Shown piece after piece: positions 24,713 to 37,181 of a stretch of DNA of 53,577 bases (position 1 is the first letter of the stretch; each line of letters starts with the position of its first letter). The notes below the pieces were generated by a model, which was given only the letters and a program-made list of their open reading frames with translations, did no database searches and was not told the DNA's origin. The stretch is from assembly GCA_009602725.1 (NCBI GenBank), contig WELB01000005.1, positions 955,323 to 1,008,899 on the forward strand, read 5' to 3'. The position numbers and the translations under genes were made by a program. This DNA comes from Spirogloea muscicola. Lineage: Eukaryota.

Positions 24713-27700
24713 GTGGCGGCCATGGCGGATGCGGCGTGGCGCGGCGAGCGGGCGCGGCTGCAGGCGGAACTCGCGGCGGCGCGGCAGGCGGCGCAGGAAG
24801 ACGCGGAGGCGCTGCGCGGCATGGAGGCGCAGGCCAAGCTGCACCTGCGGGTGCTGGAGGAGGCCATGGAGAAGGACGGGGTGGAGATCGAGCGCAAGGA
24901 GGGCGCGTGGGAGCGCGAGCGCGGCGCGCTGCGGGCGGAGCTGGAGGGTCAGCGGCGCGCCGTGGAGGCGCTGGAGCTGGCGCTGGCGCGCGAGCGCGAG
25001 GCCGGCGATGAGCTGCGCGAGCGGGAGGCGGCCATGGCCGCGCAGCTCAACGGCGCCGGCGCGCGCCTGCAGGCATCGCAGGCCAAGGCCGCGACGTTGG
25101 AGGAGACGGTGGGACGGTACAAGGCCGGCGTGGCCAAGCTCCGGGAGCGCTTCGCGGCGGACCAGCAGGCGAGGGAGGAGGCCTGGTCCCGCGAGCGCCG
25201 GACGCTGGCCGCCGACCTCGACGCCCTGCACGGCAAGGGCGAGGAGGCGGCCAGGCTCCATGGCCGCGTCCAGCAGCTCGTCAATGAGCTGGAGCTCAAC
25301 AGGGCGGCGGCGGGCGACGCCATGGCGGCCAAGGAGGCGGAGTGGGCGGCCAAGTTCCAGGCTCTAGAGCGCGGCGTACTGTCGGTGACGGAGGCCGGGG
25401 AGGCCAAGACGCAGCGGCTGGAGCAGCGGCTGCAGAAGCTCGCAGCGCAGGCGGCGGCGGAGGAGGGCGAGCGTACTGCGAGGCATGCCGCCGAGCAGCA
25501 GCAGCGCCAGGAACGTGGTGACGCCTCCGCAGCTGCCGGCCGCAACGAGGGGGCGCTCGTTGCACTCCTCCTCGAGAAGGAGAAGCAGGTACACGGGCCT
25601 TGGAGCGGCAGCCATAGGCGACTGCAAGCGTGATGCGAGACTCTCCTTCCCTCCAGACCACACTCGATGCCTGTCGTCACATGTGGGCATCCTCCATTTT
25701 CCTTGCCATGTCCGATGTGACCCTTCTCTCGCCCAAGTCCAATGGTCCCTGCAACACTAACATGGTCCTCGCGAGGTGTTTTGCGTGCAGATTGCCGCCC
25801 TCGAGAGGGACCTCGTGCAGCTGAGTGAGGGAGCCGAGAAGGCTGCTGGGTCACAGGAACGCGCGCTCGAGCTTGACGTCAGGTGCCGAGCGCTGCAGGA
25901 AGGCCTGCAGCATGCGGCAGCCGCCGCTGCGCAGGAGAGGCAGGCCAGCTCAGTACGCATCAGCTCCCTCGAGATGGATCTGGCTGGTACAGTCAATGAG
26001 CTGCATGCTGCCCAGGAGTGGGCAGCGGGCTTGCAGCAGGACCTTCAGAGTGCCAGCCATCAACTGGCAGAGGCCGGGAACAGAATGCGCCAGTTGCAGG
26101 TCAGATACCATGTACTCTTGAAATTTAAAACTGGGCAAGACTAGGCAGACATGACTGCATTACACTATCTGAAATCAACCGCCATCATCAAGCAGTGCCA
26201 AAACAAGATGATTCGTATTACTCCTCTGATAACTGCAGGCCTTCTATGCTGACTCCGCGTGATCACGCTTGAATTTGTGAAGGAGCTGAATGCACAACTG
26301 GAAGGGGCTTTAGCAGACGCCGCGGTGCCAACGGAGAATGTCCTACCTGGACATGATGGAAGAGAGCAGGGAGCAGCGCACTTGGAGAGGGCGATGCAGC
26401 TCGAGGCCAACTGCCGACAGCTGGAGGACATGCTGCAGCACACGACAGAGGCTGCCAGGAAGGAGAGCAGTCAGCACCTCAAACAGATCAGCTCACTTGG
26501 CGCAGAGATGCGCGACATGGGGGACCAGCTACAGGCCGCGCGAGACTGGGCTGGAGGGCTCCAGGAGCAACTCCAGAAGGCTTTGGAAGCGTCTGGAGAT
26601 GCCCAGAAGCGCCTGTCACAATTACAGGTCCTTGTTTGCAGACAAGCTCTGTCCATCGGATCATAGACAAAGCGAGTCGGGAATGCAGAGCTACTAACTG
26701 GAACATATTGAGGTCATAGTTGGGGTTGCCCATGTAATGCAGCTTTCTGCATCCAATTGCAATGCTTGTGTTGAAATACTGTGATGCTATTGCCTCGTGG
26801 CACGTGTGATCTGCTAGTTCAATCAAGCAGGAAGTATGTGCAGAAAATGCCAGGCCATACACCTGAGATTATTTTGCTGACGAGCTTCACCTTTACAGGA
26901 GTCATGCGACCTGTTGAATAAGCAGGCGACTGAGGCTCGGCGGGCACATGGCGAGCAGACGACCCTCCTGCAAGACCAGCTGGCGGCAGCCACAGAGGAG
27001 CTTGCAAGGATCTCTGAGCAGAGTTGTGCCTATGCTAAGACAATTGAGGGGCTGCAAGCTGACCTAGTCACAGCAGATGGAGCTCTGGAGGCCAGGGAGC
27101 GGGCTTTAGACATAGCAGACAGCACCGTTGACGAGATGCGCCAGCTGCTTCACGAGGCAGAGGCCAAGCTGCAAGCCATGCAGAGTGAAGCAAGTGGCTC
27201 AAGGAAACAGCTAGAGAATGACTTGGCCTCTGTGGAGGAGCAGGAAGCCCACATCCAAGCCCGGCTTCGAGAGAGAGAGGAAGCGGTATACTTGTTCAAC
27301 ATCTGGTCACATCAGCATCATCGTGCACTTGTTCTTATTGTGCTGATCATGTAGCGCATTACACGCGATAGACGAGCAGGTTGTGAGGCAGACGTTACTC
27401 TGTCCTGGTGCAGGTCGAGGCCCTGCAGGAGACAGTACTGGAGCTCAAGAAGAAGCTTGCCAAGGCCCTAGAGATTGTCGACGCCCAGCGGCAGCTGGAG
27501 CAGGGCCTGCGCGACGCCCTCAAGCAGGCAGAGTCACGGCGGGCAGCAACATCGGTAAAGGTGTCCACTTTGGAGGCGACCCTGAGAACGCTCCTTGAGG
27601 ACCTGCACACCTCCGAGAATGTGGCGCTGAGCCAGCAGGAGAAGCTGCAGAAGGTCACCCGCATGCACCTTGGCCTCAAGCAGAATGTGCTGCATCTACA

Positions 27701-30700
27701 GGTGCGTCACAGCCTCACTGCCAAGTGCTGCAAGCTTCATTCACAACACCATCATTCTCAGCATCATGCACCTATTCTTCTTCATGAGATGTAAAAGGGC
27801 CAACATCACCAGCTACTGACTGATCACTGGAGCATTTCGATTTGAACTTGGCTTGCTTGTCTGATTAAAGAGTGTGAGCCTATTGAACGATCCCAGGAGC
27901 ACGTAGCACAGCTGTCAGAAGAGCTCGTCAAGGCTGCAGATGCTCAGGAGAAAGTCGTCGAGCTCGGGAATGCAGTCCTGCAGCTGGAGGAGAAGCTGAA
28001 GCAGGCAGCAACTTTGAGGCAAGTGGAGGAGGTGCAGCATGCGGATGAAGTGGCCTTGCTGAGGTTGGATCTCTCTGAGCTGGCCGGAAGGCTGCAAGCT
28101 TCCAATGCTATGGCTGTAAGTCAGGAGGAAGACCTGAAGCAGGAGCGGTCTGCTGGAAGTATTCTTGAGCAGCAGGTTCAGGTCATTAAGGTACACGACT
28201 TTAATACCTTCTCCGTGTAATAACTGCTTAGCGAGGCTCTTTCTGAGGCTTCATTTAGCATCAGAAACCTGTCTTTGTGCAGTCTTAGTAGTGCTCTTAA
28301 GCTCTATATGATTGACGCAGTCTGGCAGCGGATCTAAGGCCATTAGAAGACCAACTTGGCCTCTGTACAGGCTACACTAAAGGGAGTCCGCAGAGATGCC
28401 ATTGAGGAGCAGAATGCACTTCAGAAGCAACTCAAGGATGCCCAATTCCACAATACACATGTTGCCAAGGCGTTGGAGCAGTCCAAGCTTGAGAGAGATG
28501 AAACAAAGTCTGAGCTGGAGAACAGCAACAAAGATCTCCAGGATGCCAAAATTACTTCAAGCGACTCAGAGCGAGGACTACGAACTGAGATAGCACTTTT
28601 GCGGCAAATGCTGCAAGCAGCAGAGATGACAGTGCTGGAGGCTAAGAAGGACGCTCAGCATTGTGATGCGGCCTTGAGAGAGCTTCAGTGCTCGATGTCG
28701 GACGCTCAGGAGATAATAGCAGCAAAGTCGAACGCACTGGAGCGAGCTGAAGACAGACACAGGGAGATGGAGGAGACTGTTGTAAAACAGGAATTGAGAT
28801 TGCATACATTGCAGGAGGAGCTTGACGAGCGCGCGAACACGGGAGATGTACAGTATGGTGTACAGCAAGATATTACGGCTGCAGTGAGTTGCACCTTGCG
28901 TCAAAGCCGACTATCTGTACTCCATGTATGCAGTCTGATAGAGGTTCTATGCTAGGAATAATCGCACTTTATTGATTAAGTCCAAGGGGTTCCTGCCACA
29001 TGCTCGCTGTGGTGCAGGGCACTGGTGTTGGAGTCAAGAGTGCAACAAGGTCAGACGACCTCGTCGCAAAGTGTTGGGAGCTGGAGGCTCTTGTCAAGGA
29101 TCTTCAACAGCAGGTTGTTGTGGAGAAGCAGCACCGTGAGGGGAGCGTGGCCCACCCGGGAGAGAAGATTGTCACAGAAGACAGGGGGGAATTCCAGCCA
29201 TCGAACCAGCAGATACTGGATAAGGAGGCCAGCCTTGAGGCCCTGCAAGCCCAGTTGCACAAAGATGGTTGCTCGGTGAGGGCTTGTAGCGCTGTGCGGT
29301 ATGTTATTGTTGTTCTGCACTTGTCATCCTACAAGCTACTCGACTGCTGGATCTGAGCAAGCCCTGACTCAATATAAGCACCTGCACAGGCGGAATGCGG
29401 CCGCTCGCCAGCAAGATATGCGCCAGAGGAACTTCGTCAATGTGCGGCTGATGGCCCCCCTCAGCTCATACCCGGTCCAGAGCAAACAGCGCGGAAGCGC
29501 CTGAGCTCCAACGACAGGGAAGCATATGAGGAGAGGATAGCCGCGCTTGAAGCGCAGGTGGGCGACCTGGCAGACCGCCTGCAAGCAGCACTGGAGGAGG
29601 AGTCCCACCTGCAAGAGGGCATTGACATCATGCAGGGCATCATGGTCGTCAAGAGCGACCTGGTGAAGAAGGCCGAGCAGGAGCTGGCGCGCGAGAAGCA
29701 GTCCCCGAGCGAGGGGGACCATGCCCGGAGCCTGGACATCATCGCGCAGCTGGAGGAGCTGGAGGCCGCCGTGTGGGCCAAGGACGCGGAGGTGCAGCGG
29801 CTGCGGGCCAGCAAGGCGGAGCTGCGTGCGGAGCTACTGAAGAAGGAGCTGGAGCTGAAGGCCCAGGCTGATGGCTCAGGCCTGCTCAATGAGAGGCCCA
29901 GCTCTGCGCAGCTCTTGGCCAAAGCGGAGCCGTGGTTGCAGTTAAGGCCGCAGCGTGGAGCCCACAAAAGCTCGATCGTGCTTCGTCAATCTGCTGCAAG
30001 CCAAGATGGGCTGGCTCCGAGCAATGTGGAGCAGGACTGCAATGGCCAGGGGCCAGAGCATCTGCAGAGGGAGTTGGACGCCCTGACGCAGGCGCTGCAA
30101 GCACGACAAATTGAGATGCAGGTGCGTCACTTCTGTCGGCGGCAGGATTCTGCACCTAGGCTTACCTCTGCAATATTAGAAGGACATAAATGCTGTGCGA
30201 GCAAGTATACTGGTCATTATCAACAGGGCCTCGACCGCATCCACGCAGCCGCAATGTTAGTAGAGGACTTGCAGACGGCCTGTTGTACAATAACATGCCA
30301 TGCTTGACATTGCTTGATCAACAACTGCCCAAAATTTATGGCAGGTGCTTCAAAGAAAGCTGGCCCAAGCAAGTGGGGACTTGGCTGCAGAACGAAGCGC
30401 GCTGGCGCAGATGCAGGGAGAGAGGGCAGAGAGCATTAGCCGGGAGGAGGAACTGGTCCGAAGGGCAAGGGTCCTGCAGGAGGAAAATGCGGCACTCCGC
30501 ATAGCCTCCCATAAGAAGGACGAGGTTTGTGGCCCCGGCCTCTGCAAGGGCTCCTTGGCATGGGAGTGCAGACGGCATGCTGGGCAGAGCAACCAGTTGG
30601 TCCTCTGCTGACCACTCAGCTTTACTACCTCGGATTCTGCCATTACACCACCTCTTGACACAAATTTTGCAGGAGACTACGAGGCTCCAGGAGCAAGGGC

Positions 30701-31261
30701 ACATGCTGAAGCAGCAGGTGATGCTGAAGGGCGGCGTGCCTATGGAAGGAGCGCCATCTGCAGCTGTTGGTGAGGGGGAAAGGCGGCAGGATGAAAAGCA
30801 GCAACACGAGCTCAATCACTACATTGACATGTGCCGGTCGCTTGTTCGGTAAGCCCAACTCCTGCACTGTCAGTGGCTGCTGAGCAGTAGGTGCACACAA
30901 CATATAGTCGTGCCGTTTAGTCAAAAATTTAGTCTGCACCTTGGAGCAGAGGCGAGTGTTGGGGACTAACATGGGCTTCTTGGATGATCACAGCATTAAC
31001 AAGACGCTTCAGAAGCGGGTCGAGAAGCAGCAAGCACAAATCCAAAACCTGCAGCCAACGGACCTCTCTTCGTGGGGCCCCACGTCGCTGCTGTCATCCA
31101 AGCAGAGCAGCCCAGACGTCCTGAGTGGCCCTGCCAAGGAAAACTGCAGCTGCAATATGCCACCCGGTCCTAGGCCCGATGCTGACTTGCGTGGCCACAA
31201 GAACAGCAGCACCAGCGAGACTGTGAGGCACAAGAGCACCCAGAGGAAGCCACGCTACTGA
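24713..31261 (+). CDS. Large uncharacterised coiled-coil protein (over 1000 aa, about 11-12 exons); 3' end uncertain
   Basis: Successive E/Q/A/L/R-rich heptad ORF segments, each bounded by GT/AG (24713-25588, ~25791-26099, ~26283-26626, ~26924-27285, ~27414-27701, ~27897-28181, ~28321-28883, ~29038-29275, ~29538-30121, ~30346-30524, ~30673-30848). No recognisable globular domain. Confidence 0.78.
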
Positions 31262-31857
31262 CTGCAGTTGGCTGTCCAACTAGGCCTGAGTTACCTGGAC
31301 ATACAGGACATTAAGTCCTGTATCAGACCTACTGCAGATACTGTCGTCTTCAAGATGCAGCGAAGCTTGCATGACCTTGACTCCACGTTGTCCATTGCTG
31401 GGACGAGGCAAAATTGGCATGCAGAATGTGAGGGCTTAGAATTTCCTATTCTTCAATGTGCATTCATCTTTTCATATACTGCAGCCACCAAGCAGTGGCC
31501 TGACTGTTGACCAAATTCGATGCAATGTCGAAATCAGCTGACAGTGACTAAGTAATGCTGCACTCACCAACACTCAAACTACGTGTTACATAGCTCATCT
31601 GAGCACATCCACCAAGCATAATCAGTCTGCTCTTTCACAGCTACTTGGACTGTGAATGACGCTCTTACATACAGCAGCATTCTTGCACTCTAGGCACAAA
31701 GTGGCAGGACTGCTGGTGATGAAGGACACCGCTGCTGGACCAATAAGCAGGGATTGGGATTGAATTTAAGAATGGGGATTACGCCGTACAAGTGCGGCGA
31801 GGAGGTTACATTGCAGCAACACATGCCCACAAACTGACTGAAAGGAAGTTGAGGCCC

Positions 31858-32727
31858 TCATTTCCTCATGAGCAGCACAACAGTGTGGCATGCAATGCTC
31901 CGGTTTTCGCCAAGACTGTCCACCTTCTCGTGGGTTTTGGCCTTGATATTCATGACTGCGGGGCTGACGCCGAGCAGGTCACACATGATGGCCTTGATTG
32001 CGTCCTTGTGGGGGCTCAGCTTCGGCCGCTGCAGGATGATGGTAGCGTCCAAGTTGCCAATCATGTAGCCCGCTTCCTCCATCCTCCGCACCTGCCGCAA
32101 GGTCAATTGCCATCTACTGTCAGTCTCACTCTGAGGGCGACCCACATTATGGGGTCACAAGAAAAGCGAGCAAAGCAAACCCAATTGGCACAGATGTGGC
32201 CAACTCATGAGAGGCAATCGACTGCAAAAGCAAAGCAGCATGAATCTGTTGCAGCGTACTGACCGTCTCCCGCATGAACACCGAGGAGGCGCAGCCCTTC
32301 CACCGGGGGTCGGTGTCGGGGAAGAGCTGGCCGATGTCGGGGAGGCCCAGCGCGCCCAGGATGGCGTCCACCACGCAGTGCATGAGCACGTCGCCTGCCT
32401 CGGCCAGCGCCACGCCCATGCCGAGAGCCGGGCGAACGGTCTCAGCGCTGGGGCGGACCATCACAAGGTGCTCCTCGGACCACGGTCAGCCATGGTGGCC
32501 AAGTGGCGAGGCGCCGTTGGAGTCACCGTCGGAGTGGGCCTCGCAGCCGCGGTCGTGGGCGATATTGACGCCGCCGATTATGAGCGGCAAGCCGGGCTCC
32601 AGGCGGTGCAGGTCGAAGCCGTGGCCGACGCGGAAGGGCAGCACCGGCGTGTCCCGGGCGGCCGTCGGCGAGGCCGCCGCGCCCGCCGCGCTCTCCTCGC
32701 GCACGGCCACGCCTCGGCAGCGCACGG
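31858..32727 (-). CDS. ispF: 2-C-methyl-D-erythritol 2,4-cyclodiphosphate synthase (plastid MEP pathway); start lies in the N-gap
   Basis: Exons (gap)32727-32527, 32394-32264 and 32091-31858 give [96 protein letters not shown]. Confidence 0.96.
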
Positions 32728-33238
32728 NNNNNNNNNNNNNNNNNNNNNNNNNNNNNNNNNNNNNNNNNNNNNNNNNNNNNNNNNNNNNNNNNNNNNNNNN
32801 NNNNNNNNNNNNNNNNNNNNNNNNNNNNNNNNNNNNNNNNNNNNNNNNNNNNNNNNNNNNNNNNNNNNNNNNNNNNNNNNNNNNNNNNNNNNNNNNNNNN
32901 NNNNNNNNNNNNNNNNNNNNNNNNNNNNNNNNNNNNNNNNNNNNNNNNNNNNNNNNNNNNNNNNNNNNNNNNNNNNNNNNNNNNNNNNNNNNNNNNNNNN
33001 NNNNNNNNNNNNNNNNNNNNNNNNNNNNNNNNNNNNNNNNNNNNNNNNNNNNNNNNNNNNNNNNNNNNNNNNNNNNNNNNNNNNNNNNNNNNNNNNNNNN
33101 NNNNNNNNNNNNNNNNNNNNNNNNNNNNNNNNNNNNNNNNNNNNNNNNNNNNNNNNNNNNNNNNGGGGCCCGGCAGCGCGCAGCGGCCTGACCGCCGGCA
33201 CGAGAGCCGCGGCGGCGGCGGCGGCGGCGGTGGCGCAG

Positions 33239-34790
33239 TTGCCGCTGTCGCTCCTCAAGACGGCGCAGGGCCACCCCATGGTACGCCCGCCGGCGCCGCC
33301 GCACCCTTTTGCACCGGCCGGGCAGCCCACGTAGCACTTGGGTCATGCCGGCCGTCTACTCCGGTCCTCCTCCCTCGTCTCGCTCTTAGTCAGGCCGTCT
33401 GCCGAAGCAGCCGCCACGGCCTCCAGAAGCGTGCAAGCTCCCGGCCTTCCAAAGAGCCCTGGCAAAGGGAAAGCTTATCCCCCACCCTAGAAGCTCAGCT
33501 TGGTACTTACATTGGCAGATCGATCTGCAGTCAGACGCAAAGTGTCGACGAGGCCCTGGCATCGTGCATTCCGAAAGCTCGCTGAGTGGCCTGGGTATTG
33601 TTTGTGGGTGCCCGTGATCTTGTCCGCAGCTGGTGGAGCTGAAGAACGGGGAGACGTACAATGGGCATCTCGTCAACTGCGACACGTGGATGAACATCCA
33701 CCTGCGCGAGGTCATCTGCACCTCCCGTGACGGAGACCGCTTCTGGCGCATGCCGGAGTGCTACGTTCGCGGCAACACCATCAAGTACCTCCGTGTCCCT
33801 GACGAGGTGAACTGGCAGAGGTCCACGAGTGCCTCGATAAACCTCTGCAATGCTGTAGGCTGCACAAGCTGCTGCAAGCGGTGTGTATTGTGTGCAGAGG
33901 TGTAGTGCCTAGGTGTTGTGGGCTTTTGACCACTTATGACCACTTATATATCGAGATCGTCCTGCATGGTCCATATGTACAGTTGGTACTTGTCAGAACA
34001 CCAAGCAAAGGCATGACAAGGAGAGCAGGCTCTGAGTAGCACACTTGCTTTCCACGTTTTCCAGCAGCATGTAACTCAGCTGAGCTCCATGCTTCAATCA
34101 TTCTGTGCAGGTCATTGACAAGGTGCAGGAGGAAACCGTCAAGCGCTCCGGTACTGTCCAACAGTCCGACAAGGATACGTTTCTTGCTGTGCCTGCCTGC
34201 CTGCTTATCAGTACACTCCCTGTGCTGCTTAGCAAAGTTACTGAGCTGCAATAATACTCCCTGATGAAAGTACAAGCCAGGTGAGGAGCCTTTTGCACTG
34301 CGTCTCCGCTGTCACACTTGGTACTGATTGTCATGCTCCTGTGCAGATCGCAAGCCCCAGGGTTATGCTTCTGGCAGAGGCCGCGGCCGGGGGGGAGGGC
34401 GTGGGGAAGATGGCAGTGCAGAGGGTGGCAGAGGCCGTGGAGGACGGGGAGGCAGAGGGCGAGGAAATGCCGAGGCCCACTATCAGGAGGACGGGATGCA
34501 AGGCCGTGGGAGTGGCAGGGGGGGGCGAGGACGAGGAGGCGCTGGGGAGGGTGGACGAGGTATTCTTGCACCACTTCTGTGCTCGGCCTTTTGATACCTC
34601 GCCCTGAATTGTCAGCTGACATCTTATCTCCTTGTTGAGCAAGACAAGTGTCCCCTCTGTGGCACGCTTCCTTTCATTAAAAGGCAACTGTTGCAACTAT
34701 CATATGGGATCAGTGTGTCCTCGAAATTTACACGACAATCCTGCGGCACATCTTGTGACAGGAGGTGGACGAGGCCGTGGATACCAATGA
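33239..34790 (+). CDS. LSM4: Sm-like protein LSM4 with RG-rich tail; the ATG exon is probably in the N-gap
   Basis: Exons 33239-33280 ([14 protein letters not shown]), 33630-33806 ([59 protein letters not shown]), 34111-34150 (VIDKVQEE), ~34347-34559 (RG/RGG repeats) and 34762-34790 (GGRGRGYQ*). Confidence 0.96.
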
Positions 34791-35945
34791 CACTAAACGG
34801 GTGGCCGCAGTGCTAGCTGCGTCAAGCATAGGCCAGTGCTTGCAATTGACACTCTGGTGTTGCTAGTGTTACAGCCTGTTAAGATCACTGCAGCAGATTG
34901 CAGCAGTACACTGCACACAACATGTGTCGTGAGGCTGGCCTTCCAGTAATAGTGCTAATGCCAGGACATCCTTGTACGAGGTCCTACGTGCAGAGCCTTA
35001 CACGCTCCTGCCACTGCTCGTGCCCATGTTTGTCGCAACTGGATGGTATTGGCAGCTTAGCTACCAATCTATGACCACATCTTTAATCATGATGTGTTCC
35101 TCCCTCATCACACTTTTAGTTACCAAGTGGTTGGAGAGTTGAATCAATCAAGGTACGTGCTTAGTTGCTACAGGAACTCCCACAGTTGGTAGAGGAGAAT
35201 ATTTCCCGTATCACCAGGGAGCCCGGCAGCGAAGGGTGTCTGAGACCTGTGCCAGCAGCCACTGGGGCACCCGCCTGAGGAGCGGTATCATAGGACAAGC
35301 AAGCATGGTCAATTCCAACAAGCTCTACATCCCCAGGCCCATTCAGCCACAGGCTTCCATTGACCCGGATACACATGCGGCGGCATGCCTATCTTCCAAT
35401 GTGGACCTGCAATTGCAGAGCTTGTAAAGAGGACCAGGGGCAGGCTTTCTAGATCTCCATGGCTTGCCAGGTGACTGCCCCAGCGGTGCATCTTGCAAGG
35501 GTGGTGCCAGCCCACCTCGAGGCAGCATGCATGACCGTCCTCACCTGACATGAGCTGCCATTGCAGCATGGCCTTTCTTCTACAAGCTGGCCAGCACACT
35601 TCTACAAGCCGGCCAGCACAAGCTCGCAGACCAGTCCGCTTCGAGCAACCACAAACAGTGGTGTGCACAGTGGGCAGATTGCCCCTTCACCACCAGTGCA
35701 CTGGGGGTCTGAGTGCAGCAAAAACACAATGGTAGGGCCAACTTTCTGCAGCGCTGCACAGCCCAAAAGTAGGCGCATCTTGGAGCGCTGCAGCCAGGTG
35801 AAAATGAGTGAGTGAGAGGCAACGGAGCGGGGACAGCAGTCACCATTGTCTGCATCTCATTCTGTACTAGCCGCGGGTCCTCCTGCACTTACATATACAA
35901 GTGGTGCTCTAGCAATCCAAGCCATCTGCCAATGTTGCCCGAGGC

Positions 35946-36032
35946 AATAATTCGAGGCATCTCGATTGCCAACAAACGTCACTAGCAAAAATAACTCGAG
36001 GCATCTGGATTGCCAACAAACGTCACTAGCAA
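35946..36032. repeat. Two-copy 44-bp tandem duplication
   Basis: aataattcgaggcatctcgattgccaacaaacgtcactagcaa at 35946 and aataactcgaggcatctggattgccaacaaacgtcactagcaa at 35990. Confidence 0.85.
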
Positions 36033-37181
36033 GTGCTGCTGGTGGTTGACAGGTTGCAGATACTTTTTGCCCTGCATATACATAAGAATAAGTCAAATAA
36101 TGTTTCTTTTTGCTTCTGTAGCAGACTTTCTAGTCTGATTGTGTGTGTCATATCGCAGTCTGTTGACATTATGCTGGTCCCAACAGCAAAACCACCTCGG
36201 CCCCTGGAGCTGGCAGCAATCTGACGCCGTTCCTGAAGCCAGGACTGTTGCAGGCGTGCAGCAGCCTGCAGTAGCAGTCGGGCCCAGCAGCGTTGTCCTG
36301 ATGCTGCCACTGCTGCCATGAAAACGAGGGAGACAGCAGCCACTGCTGGATGACTTGCGTGCACTGCAGGCAAGCTCCTAGGAGGCTGGTAGCATAGGCA
36401 GGCCCTCACTGCAGGTGTCACAAGGAAAGCTCGTTGGCTGTGGCTCAGTTGCCTTCCCTCTAAATGGATGAAGACAAAGTTCTTCCCATAAGTGGGCGAT
36501 GGCTGTGAAAGTGCCAGCCTCTGTAGGGCATTCATGTTTGATGTGAGTCGTGTGATCATGGGTCTGCCAAGCTGCTGATTGCTAAGGATGGACCAACAAC
36601 TACTCGTATTTTCGTATTTACTCTCATTGGCAGAGTCCGACGTCCAACGAGAAAGTCCACATTCAGAGATGTGGACTTCCTCTGAACTGCAAGACGTCCA
36701 TGACTTACCTTGTAAACAACGTTGACGTTGCAAAAGTTGCGTCCTTTGTCCTCTCAACGTTATCATTGTGTTCAGCGCTGTCATGCACATGCATAAGTCC
36801 CTGCTCCACTTGTCCACCAGATGTCAACAAACCTTGACTTGTTATTTCTAGGAAGTGCACTCTTGGTTGCTGCCAACAGTGCAGTATGGGTCAACTCCTC
36901 GTTGTTCACTTGCAACGACAGCTTCCACGCTTGCTTAGTCCGAATTGGCAAAGACCAACTCTCTTGACCAGTGCCTTACATTCTAGGCTGGAGCCAAGAG
37001 GCGTCACCCAGAAGGCGAGAAGGCGAGAAGGCTGAAAGATGAGAGACCACACACTGCATTGATTGTTTGCGCAAGATATGCTCACCGGAAGGGTATTACT
37101 CTACAGAAGACTGCAAGGGCAGAGCTTATGCCTCTCGTTAGATTTGTTGAGCTCTACATGCTCTACCTCTGCTAAGTCAGT

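Noticed and set aside
24147..25854. Overlapping long alternative-frame and antisense ORFs (e.g. the 406-aa Arg-rich ORF)
   Set aside because: These are shadow ORFs expected at very high GC over a real coding exon and have no motifs.
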